From Botryllus schlosseri (taxonomy: Eukaryota), in contig CM119382.1 of the NCBI GenBank assembly GCA_051294905.1, forward strand, positions 9,362,001 through 9,426,000: a DNA stretch of 64,000 nt, in the 5' to 3' direction. Each line of letters opens with the position of its first letter. Positions within the stretch are counted from its first letter, which is position 1. A program made the position numbers and the translations under genes. The notes beneath the pieces are model-generated. The model was not told where the DNA came from, searched no databases, and saw nothing but the letters and a program-made list of their open reading frames with translations. Below, piece by piece: positions 39,901 to 51,900 of this stretch.

Positions 39901-42900
39901 TTGACATTGCCTCTGATTGATATGAAATAAATTCTATTCAGTAAAGTAGCATCATTCCATAACATTTTGATATTCAGTACTATGCATGAGTTGTGCCAAC
40001 AATGACGCATCACGATTAGCATCACACAACCTACCTGCTTCGTCCATTTTATTTTTGGCAGTGGCTTTCCTTTCACGGTAGCCACCAACTTCAGCGCCGA
40101 ACCCGCCTTGATTTCCAGAACATCCTCTCCAAAACTTCCATCCGGAATAATTTCCACATCTTCCAAGATATCTTCCGGTTTAACGCAACCAGGAACGTTA
40201 CTGGCTGTTCCAGTACCGGTCTCGTTGCACGCGGAAACACGGAATAAGTACACCAGTTTCTTGCTCAAGTTATTGATGGTAGCCGACGTAGTTCTGAGTG
40301 GGCCAATTCCTGTGCTTTGTTTCTTCCACTCGTTTAGACCTTCAACGCAAGACTCGACAATATATCCGATAATGCGACTTCCCCCATTGGTTTCAGGAAC
40401 GTCCCAAGTTAATGTTACCGTGGATCTGCAAAGAAATGTTAGTATCCATATGTCAGAGTGCTGTGGTTGTGCTTTGTAGCGACATTCATTCATTAAGTTG
40501 TAGTAACCACTAAAACAACATTCATTCAAAGAAGGAAGTGATCACTAAACTATAATTTTTCTTCATCATTCAAACGTGGAAGCATATACCCATAATTCTC
40601 TAAATTTTAAAGTGGCCTACAAGTACGCAATCATAGGTATGATGCATTGCAATTGAATTCAATTTATATATCTTCCAATCAATATTATCACCAGAATATA
40701 GACACAGATTCGAGCTACATACTTCAATATGGAATATTTCCGCACACCATTCAACTCTACACGATTTCATTTATGGCGGCCTTGCTGAGCGTTATTCAAC
40801 TTGAAAACCTTTCAGTAACAGCAGATCAACTCTCTTACCCTGTAATTTCAGTCACACGAGCGTTCCTAGGCTCGCTCGGAGTCACTAGGGGTCGCTTTGC
40901 GACAATGACTTCAGATGGTGGACTTGGCTTGCTTCTACCGGCAGCATTTTCCGCAATCACGCGGAACTCATACGCGAATCCATAGGAAAGCTGATTTACT
41001 CGGATACTGAAGAAAATTTCATGTAAATCGTGTGCTGAGTATTTTGCAAGTAGCTAAATAAATTCAAAATCCCCGATCAGGAAAGGATAACCAAATGAGA
41101 TATGGTAAAGAACTAATAGTTTATTCGGCAACTATACAAACATATGAAACCAAATCCAAATTTCAAGAAAAGCTACATTCAAATTCAATCAATTATAATC
41201 CTCCTCATATTTAGTTGTAGAAAATCCAGTAGCATAACAAGGAAAGGCAAATAAACATAGCAAATATGGTACGTTACATTTGAAGCAAAATTGTATATTC
41301 CAGAAAATCTGTATACCTCGTGTCTTTACAAGGCGTTGTGTTACAAACAGTCCAATTAGTTCCAGAATGTGTTTCTCTCTTTTCCACATAATATCCAGAT
41401 ATATCGTGCTTTGGTAATTCGTCCGCAATGGACCACGACACAACAGCAAAATCATCGCCGACTGTTTCTACTCTTGGTTTAGCCAACTGTGATGGTATAT
41501 CTGCAAGGAATATGACAAATAGACGTTAAAGATTAGATCTCAAATTTGTATGATAAGTTTCACGTACTTATGCAACTTTTAGCGGTTATTACTTCCGATT
41601 CAATACCGACTCCCACACCCATTTTGTTTTGAGCGCTGACACGAAATTTGTATTGGTTTTCTTCAAGCAGTCTAGGAACCGTGTAATTTGTATCCAGCGC
41701 TGCGTTGGTCACCACCGACCAAATCTGTTTGTAACACATTATGATTATAAGAGACTCCAATGTACATTGTTTACATCAACATACCATTTTGGTAGCTTCA
41801 CATTTTTCTACAATGTAATTGGATACGGGCACTCCTCCATTGTCTTTCGGCGGCAACCAACTTATCACACATCTTGAGCCACTCACAGAGATTATGTCGA
41901 TTTTTCCAGCACAAGGACCAGGTTTGTCTTGAAAATGAAATATAACTATTGTTGACTGTGTTTAAATAAATCTTTTCAATATCGCGTGATTTAAGACATG
42001 GCGTATTTTGAGCCTTTCAAACACTATCTCCTAATCTCTATTACTTACTGCTTACCTATTACAGTCACGTTGACAATTTTCTCACAAACGCCATGCGCAT
42101 TTGTTGCTGTCAACATATAACCGCCACTGTCGTTTCTCTTTGAAAATTTTATAACCAGCTGTGAAGCATTCTCGCCCCAGTTAATGGTGGATCGGTCAGA
42201 CATCGTATCCCCGTCAATCAAGGACCACTTTGCCTCCGGTACCGGCTGGCCAGTAATCTACAATATTAACAATGGCTATGTATGATCGCATGTACAAATA
42301 TATTGCATTATTTACATAAATCTGTATAATGGATATCAAACTTCAGAACTGATATGTAATGTATAAGAGAAAATGTGTAAAATCACTTGGGCACCATAAC
42401 ATTAGGGGAAAATATGAGAAATAAGGTATAAAACATAAAAGATACAGTAAACTATCTAGGAATCACATCACAGTTTAAATTTGAAGGATAAGAACCATTG
42501 TATACTGAAATACTAGCATGAATACGAAACAATTAATTTTGGAAATTACATATTTGAAATATGATATTTTCATAGAATATAGAATTTCTCATTTTCAAGA
42601 CAACAGCAATCTTACACAAGCAGATATGGAAATGTCTTCCCCGGCGTTAACAACTATGTCCTCAACGGCATTCGTCATTTGTATGTCGGGCCCAGCTTTA
42701 GTTTCTGTGGCTGTTATATACTGTGGAAACACCGCCGGTGGACTGACGCCTACTTTATTTTTTGCCATGACGCCGATCCTGTATTCACAGTTCTCCTCCA
42801 AGTCCGTCAATCTGATTAAGGATAGTTGGAATCAGTTGAAAGCAGTCGTTGAAAATTTGAAGACTTACTTGTAAAAGCAATCCAAATCTTGCAGTGTGTG

Positions 42901-45900
42901 TTCCTTCCACTCCTTTGTGCCCCTTTTCATGACCACGACTTGGTATCCAGTTATTTTGGTGCCACCATTGTCTTTAGGTTTAGTCCAGCCAATGTCAATT
43001 GACGAGGCAGTGCTTGACAACACGTTGATATCTTGTGGAGGTTGCGGTTTCTGTAAGCAGTCAAAAAATTTCTTTCAAGTCATTGCTGCAATTCTGCATG
43101 GCCTTGATCAAACCTTGAAGTAGCAAGTGTATTTCCGTATGATAGTGATTATGCTAGGTACTTAAAGGCATTCACAACAAAATTATTAACACAAGTGGAC
43201 AAAATCATCCTCATCCTTTCTATAACATCAAATATTACTCAATGAGTCTGATGTTAATTTACTCTCACAGGAAAATGACTGAGGACAAATCAAATGGTTG
43301 AACTAAGCTAAAAGGTTTCTGCTGTGCTAAGGACACAGCAATTCATGGATTACCCCTACCGTAATTTCCAGTCACATAGGGTATAATTCTACTATACAAA
43401 TAAATTGATATTCTAGTAACGGGATTGTGGTCACAATGTTGATCAGTAAATAGGATAATGGAAATGGTGTGATTACCGTTGAATTAAACTGAGATGCTCT
43501 GCAATAATATTGGATATAAGCATCTAAAATACTGTGTGATATCATAAGTTGGGAAGGACACAATGGACTCTATTCCTACCATCAATTTTTCAACTATTAG
43601 TCAATCTGATTCCGAAATTATTCTAATTGGGTCAAGATCCTGTTACTAAAATTAGATTAATAAAAACCTTTGCCGGATCCACGGCTAGCACTGTAGATGG
43701 TATCATTGTCGGATCACTCAGCCCACAACGATTTTCTGCCGACACTCGAAAGATATACTCGTGATCTTCACACAGCGGCACGCGAATCATTTTTTTAGTT
43801 CCTGAAGAGACATAGTCGGAAATGCCATAACAACATAATGCCGATTATTGTCAGTTGTACCTCCGGGTCCAACGATGGTCCATCCAAGAGAGGGTATGGC
43901 GTGCTTGCTAGGTTCACGCATTTCGAGTATGTAATTTGAGATATCTATTCCTCCATTGTCAAATGGAGCTTCCCACGAAATGATGCATGACTTTCGTGTG
44001 ATGTAGCTGGCTTTTAGATTTCGGCATTGTCCCGGTTTGTCTGAGTGCACAAAGGCAAGCATTAAAAGATGATTCTATTAAACTAGGATGTCACTCAGAA
44101 GGGAAAATACATGTAAAATTCTACCAACGTACAAATACAAGTTCGACTTGCCAAAATAGGATTCATGGAAATGTGATCCAAATAGGTAGTTTATTACAAT
44201 TTGTTCCTGTATCAGTTAATTGCGGTGACAAGCTTAATATAACTACCAGCGCTACTAATTACTATAGCAGCTGTATTGTGTTGTGGGGTTGTGCAAATTC
44301 CATCCTAGACAAAAGTTAGAGCGCAAGTGATTTTTCCCAAGCAGGAGCAGAAGTGTCGAGTAAATACCACAAGCAGGTCCAACTAAATTTACAACACGAA
44401 ATTGTTCCGTCACCTAAACTTACCCAAGACACAGACTTCTACTTTGGCAGTGGTATCCCCAGCCTTGTTGCTGGCCTTGATAGTGTAATACCCGGTATGA
44501 TCCCTTTGTACATCCTTCAGTATCAATCTGGAATACGTTCCATCGTGTGATATCGTATATACGTTCTCATCCACAGGACTGCCCGATCTCATCCACGTTA
44601 TTTCAGGTGCCGGCTTGCCATCTACCCTGACTTTCAATTTCAAGGTCTGGCCGACGCGGAATTTTACTTTTTCCGCCATGTAGCCGTCGAGATGTAAGGC
44701 TGGCTTCTCCACTTGATCTTTGATGATGACGCTTTCCGGTATTTCTCTAGATTCACCTTCTCCGATGTCGTTGACAGCTAATACACGGAATCTGCATATT
44801 CAAAAGACTGTTATCGTCATGAATGTTACTGGTAAGGTGGTTCTGGGTTATAAGTCGAGTAACTTGAAAATTTTGAATCTAATCATACCGGTCTAGTTCT
44901 ACGAAAATATATTAAGATACTGTGATGAAGTTATCAATCCACACGGTTCTTATGAATATTCCACTCCACTCACAAAACTAAGTTCTAATATTCAAAATTT
45001 AAACCCCAAGTAGTCTTGTCTAAAATCTGATCAAGTAGAAGTGAATGTAGAAAAAAACAGACACTTGAGTAAGTATTGCCAGAAGACATTTATAACCTAC
45101 TTCAGTAATCTGAAAAGGTAGACATACTTCGTTACTAACTAATCTTGTCCACACACTACTTAGATTATAAATACATAGTGCCGATTATTATCTTTAGGAG
45201 TAACTTATAGCATCAAAACTTACAAACCTGTACTCGAAATCCTCTCTCAAGCCAGGAGCTTTGAAATGACATTGCTGTATCAGTTTCTGATTAACGCGAG
45301 CCCACTTGGGTTTGGTGTTCGCCGACAATCTGCCAGGAGTCTTCAAGCATTCCACGAAATATCCCAGGATCGCCGTGCCACCGTCTTTTAACGGGGCTTG
45401 CCATGACAGAGTGGCCGATACCCTGTCGTAGTCCATGATCTTGGTGTTGACAGGGCAGCTTGGCACCGCTAAAATTCAAAGACATCCCATGATATTATGT
45501 AACGATGTACATGTGACAGCAAATTGTGAGTGTAGTTTATTTGGTAGCGTACCTAATGGTCTCGAAATCTCTGCAATGTCAGAACATTCAGACACATCTC
45601 CAATTCCAGCAGAATTAACGGCCGAAACTCGGAAAGCATAGCTTCTCCCTTGGAAGAGACCTTTGACCCTCAGATTCAAAGCCAGCATTGGCTCAGAGGT
45701 GATCTTCGCCCATCTTCCGCTGTCTTTATCGAATCTCTCCACGATATAGCTACAAGGCATAAGAAAATCTTTGCCAGGCAGAAGTTTGTGTACAAACAAA
45801 ACCATAAATTAATGACTGCATTGTTAACTATGACAAATGTTAGATTACCGATGATGATATTTTTCCAATGAAGATTTGAACATTGAGGTTGAAGATTTTC

Positions 45901-48900
45901 ACCGAATGCTAAAACAGGCCTACCTAATTTAGTGGTTCCCAAACTTATTCAGTTTGTGGCACTCTAGAAAAATCATAAACTCTCATAGCACTCTAGGGCG
46001 AGATAATATGCTTTAAAAATGATCAATGTTTTCTCTCGTTTGCAGCTTTTAATTTCATTCAAAACAGAAAAGTCATGTTCACGTAACCACGAGCATGCAA
46101 ATTTCAACACAATTTTGATTGCTTTTGTACCAATCATGGAATAGGATTTGGAAGCAGACAGCGAAAATCATTCAATCTCTTTTGGAGAAACAGCTATTTT
46201 TAATGGGCATTTTCGTGAGTCAATTATCTGTTCTTCTGAAAAAATTTTCTTGATTTATTATGATGACCTAATTGGTCTCATTGTGACATGTGCTTCTTTA
46301 TCAGCTGTTGAAGAAGTGAAAGCGCTTTCAAGTCGCATATGCTAGACTTGAGGCTTTTTTCAAAATATTTATACAGTTCTTTTCCAAAAATCCAAATATA
46401 TTCGTGCCACACCTGAGAATCTGTGGCGGCACACTAATCTGCCACGGCGCACAGTTTTGGAATTACAGCCCTAAGCAGTAAATATTTGGATTTGGTGAAC
46501 TAACAAAAGGTATACACATGACACGACAATATTAATAGTAATGTTGATATGCATAGATATAATTCAAAATTCAAAAGTTATCAGTATGCAGCACGGACAT
46601 CCTGATCAAAAGATTACTACCAATCCACTCACCCAGTAACAGCGCTACCTCCGTTACTTTCAGGCTCTTTCCAATGGACGGTACACGCAGATTCCGTCAT
46701 CTCCATGACACGTGGCTTTCCTGGTGCAGATGGTATGTCTACAAAAATAAAATACACTACACCACGGCCGAAGGCCTTCTATATTTACAAAACTCGTCCT
46801 ACCGAACGCATGCTTTGCGATTTCCGGCACCGACTCCAACGCGTCGCTAAACCCGTATTTATTCTCGGCTCTAACTCGGAATTTGTACTCTCTGCCTTTT
46901 GCAAGCCTCGGAACCTTGCAAGTGGTTCTCTTTCCGTTCAAGCTAACAAGACCCCAGCTCTGTCGACACAGGAGATTGAAAGTTTAACATATTCGAACGT
47001 GTTTAAGCAAACTAACAAAATCCATTCATCAATGTGTCACTGATTCCACATAATTGTTTAAAGACAATGCTTCCCAAAGTCGGCAATATTGCCTCTTGGG
47101 TGGCGATTTTCAGGGACAGGGAGTAAAGAAAATGACGGCCTTGATAGCGGGCGAAAAGGTTGAAACATTCAGTCATTTTATATTTAAGGTACTGTTTATT
47201 TCCTAGCCAAGTTCAATTTAGCATCAATGAATTATGATAGAAATGCAGCTCAATTCTTGACTAATCCCAGCCCGTGCGTAGATTAGGGAAATTTCCTTCA
47301 AATTAACACCAATCGGACTAGTTTATGAACTACTGAAGTGACACAGAAAAGGAAACGTTCTTTGTTACTGATTAAAGTCAAGCTTTTAAGGGTGCAATAA
47401 AGACATATCGACCTTGGTAAGTGGGTGATAAGCCAAAAAAATATGGAAACCACTGTTTCGAAACATCACAAGATGAGAATAAGTGCAAGAAATCAGTGGG
47501 AAGATGAAGACCATCGATCGGACACCAATAAAATCATTGCATGCTCTTGTATCGAATAATCATTCAGTAGGGCACTCTCGCATCTTGTCCTGTATTTTCA
47601 TATTGACTTGATGACTAACAGATACCTCTGTATCCGTGTCTTTCTTCTCGACGACATAATTTTGTATGAGCATTCCTCCGTCATCTCTGGGTGGCCTCCA
47701 CGAAAGCACCGCATACTCAGGCGTTATTTCCTCTATGTTCAAAGGCCCGGTCGGCGCAGACGGACGGTCTGAGATGTGCCACAATTGAAAAGTATGTCGA
47801 TACATTACAAACAGTACCAACAAACCTAATACGGTAATATACAGCGGAGCGGACTTGGTGCCCGAAGAATTTTTCGCCACTATCGTGTACTCCTGCGAAT
47901 CGCTACGTTTTACATTTGATATCTTCAGAATACAGATCGGACCTTTTCTTTCCAACAGAAGCCGGTCGTTTGATTGCAGCTCTGCGCCGTCAACTGACAA
48001 CCATTTCTCTTCTGGTTGTGGCAGTCCGTGCAAAGTCACAGAGACAGAGACACTTTCACCAGATCGAACTAAATAAAAACAGGAACATTTTCCGTGGTTA
48101 TTGCAATAAGTCCATCAGAGGTAATCTATCAGTAATGAATTATTTTTATCTGCTTGCCATACTTACTCAATTAAATGACATTTTTAAGCAAAACTACCTA
48201 CTGATGACACTGTGAAAGTAGTTTTCGGACAGAGTCTATCATAGAAGAACAATATACCGGCCTTGATACTGAATGCATAATTCGGTATTCAAACACAAAT
48301 AACACAAATACCAATTATACATCAAAATTGACGCATTTTTACAGGTGAAATATGGTAACAAATTACGTTACATGGCATAATGTCAGTTGGTGGCGTGGAG
48401 CTGAAGTCATTCGGTAAATTCTGTACCTCGAAGACCTTCAAGGGCCTTGACATCCACTTCAATCGAAGGCGGAATTAGTTTTTCTTGCGTTTTGATTGAC
48501 GAGATAACTTCCGGGTTGCTTTTTCCCGCTTCGTTTACGGCAGATATCGTTACTTTGTATAAGGAATCCGTTTTCAAATCTGAAACGAAATATAAATGCT
48601 ACCTACCGCTTAAAAATTCAAGAAATATAAATAGTAGATGGATATCTATTTCATTTTCCTATCCCAGTAGCCTACCTCGAGAAAGTATTGAAAATCAACA
48701 GACCATTAATACTAAACAAGGTAAGCGTATAAAACACAAACAACTTACTGGTGATGTTACAATGATTATCCATGACATCAAAAGAATTCCAGTTCAAATC
48801 AGAGCTGCCGTCATCAACTACTTCTGCGTATGCAACGCAATACCCTGAATATAGTAATTCAAGCATTCAAAATATGCAATGTCGTAATGACGCAATAATA

Positions 48901-51900
48901 GTCTACCAGTGATTGGAGAGCCGCCGTGACTCGGTGGTTTCAACCAGGTAAGAGAGATAAAATCTTTTCCTGTATCGGATATTTCTATCAGTCTCGGAGA
49001 ACTTGGCGGGTTGGCTGGGTTTACGGCTGTGATAACATCAGTCTCGACAAAATCACTGCATCCAAACTGGTTTTCTGCCCAAATTCTGAATTTATAGTGG
49101 TTCCCCTCGATCAAATAATTCACCATGAAGCTATTTTTCTTGGCCGCCAGGCAAACCGATTTCCACTTCCCACTCTCAACGCTGCATTTTTCGATCCTAA
49201 AAAGCCAAAAATCATGAATCTATACAGCCTACATTATTAACGCTCGCATACTTGTAATGCGATATCACAACTCCGCCGGTATCTGCCGGAGGAGACCATT
49301 TCATGTAGCATGAGTCGGCAGTAATTTCTGAAATTGTCACGTCACGCGGCGGCTGCGGAATATCCACTACTGTGATGGTGGTGGAGACAGCTTTGCGGCC
49401 GAGAGAATTTTTAGCGATCAATGTGTATTTTCCACTGTCTGCACGACACTGTCATAATAATACATGTTAGAATGCTACAATGAACAACAGCATGTGATAA
49501 AACAGAGGTTCATATAGTTCAGATTATTACCTGGAAATTTGAGGAACAAATATAAACTGGAAGAAATGTGAACCTAAATACTATATTGTATAATTCATAT
49601 GAGAAGATGTTTTGACTTTAAAGTTTATGGTATAGAGATTTGGGCCAACGTCTAACAGGGCTAACTTTCTCATTCTGCGCAGGCCCCACAATGAGAAGGT
49701 ATGATGGTCACAAAATTTGAAAAGTATGTTGGAAGCAATTGAGATTGACTTACGGCATTTTTCAAAACAAGCACTGCTTTCCCTTTAGTAGAATCCCAAG
49801 ACGCAGTCATCCTCTCACTGTCAATAGCAGAGGCATTTTTAATCCAAGACACTGTAGGAGCAGGTTTTCCGGAAACAGTCGCGCTAAGATGTACTGAAGC
49901 CGTAGCCTTAACGATTTGTTCACGTGCAAGACTTGCGTCAGGGTGGATCTCAGGATAGTCTAAAAAGTAAAGATGAAAAGGTCAAGCAATTGGAATCCGG
50001 CATAGAATGCAGAAATAAGACGACAATTGCTCCAATTCTCAAGATTGCTTGAGCTTTATACTGTTCGCGCCAGCCGCATCAGTCTCATTATCATTGTTGT
50101 AAAAATGCAGAATCATTTACGTTTTATTATTCAGGCATGGGACGGAGTCAGAGGGCGCCGGTACTCAATTCACTGTCTAGGGGGGTGCCAGATCAAAAAA
50201 GTTTGGGAAACACTGATATACTAGAATAACAACTCAATAAATAATGCTTTACCATTACAAATATTCCTTCGAGATCAATAAATCTTAGGATGCATATTAT
50301 ACTTGGCACTTGAGTTGAGATTATTGTATACCTGAGCTCAGTTCAAGCATCTTCGTGATAGATAGATACGATTGTCAAATAATGACTCGCAATTATTAAC
50401 TTCATTTGTCTTTTCTATTATTTCTGAGCTACCATTTCACTATATTAGCGATGGCTTTCCCACAACAAGTTTTTGAAGGTACAAATTCGTAGTCCTTACG
50501 AAATGAGCTTGAACATCTGAAAAATGGTTACTTTCACTTACTATCGTTCACTTTGATAAGCAACGCCTTCTTGATACAGGCCGTTTCGCTAGAGCCGGCT
50601 TTATTCACGGCAGATACGCGGAAAAAATACTCCGTGTTGGTCTTCAGGCTACAAACGGTGCAAGTGGTTTCTTTTTTGTCGTTGAGCGTACACGCCACCT
50701 CCCATGTTTCGCTGGCATTTTCCAACATTTCAACCACGTATCCGCTAATTTCGGCGCCGCCATCATGTCTAGGCACGGTCCAACTTATCGTGACGTCACT
50801 TTCGTTGTAATCCACGATTATCGGATTGACAGGCACTGTCGGCGGTGACACAGGGTTCAAAGCTTGAATGGTTTCAGACGGCTGGGAACGTCCACCCAGA
50901 CCAATGCTGTTTTCGGCGCACACTCGAAATTGATACTCATGCCCTTCGTACAATCCAGTCACAACAAATCTGGTTTCATTGATAAGATCCTGCAAAGATT
51001 TACTTCCATCATCACGATATCCATATCAAGAATACATTTGTTATATCTCGAAGACTCTTTGGGTGCCTCTCATTGAGAATAATTAGCATACCAAGTTGAT
51101 TCAAACAGACTCAAAAGTGAAACCTATATGGAAAAGTACGTTGTAACAACCAGAATTACAGACAATGAATTTCGCATTGTAACACTGCCAACAACAAAAT
51201 TTGACATATGCTGTATAACAGCGGCACACAACCGTCATAATGGGAATTGCCATCAACATATATCATAAATTAAGGACATCGAAATACTGAGCATCATATG
51301 AAGCTATTGACTAAAAAAGGACATGAGCATGGCAATGAGCCGTGATTAAAGTCAGGAAGAAAGTGATGACCTTCTCTATTAGTCAGTACCATCATCATCT
51401 AGAGCAGATTTGTAATATGAGCCATGAAAGTCTGGGTTGATACGAGCATTTTTCCTAGTTATGAGCTTCCTGAATACCACACCCGAGATATCCAAATTGA
51501 TAGAGTCCCACTATTTATCCCTTTCAGGGGGCTGTCAAAATTGTTGAGAACGACCGTGGTACAATAATAGCAACATAAACGATAAAAACAACATACACAA
51601 AACAAAGAAAACTAACGGGAGATTCCTAAGTTAAACAGTCATACTTTTTATTCACATGAACTGGGATCGGGAAACCGAGTTATTGTTGTTTCAACTTTTG
51701 CAATGACAGTGAACGTGTCATCCTTGTTCATTATATTCTTATTAAAATAAACCTGAATATATTGAATATATATATATAGACATGATGCATATTGAATTGT
51801 ATATTGAAGTTCTGGACCTCCAAAAGTCTCTTTATTTCATCATTCTAGATTATTTTATATCACTACAAAACAGACAAATTAAAACACTGATTAATCTAAC

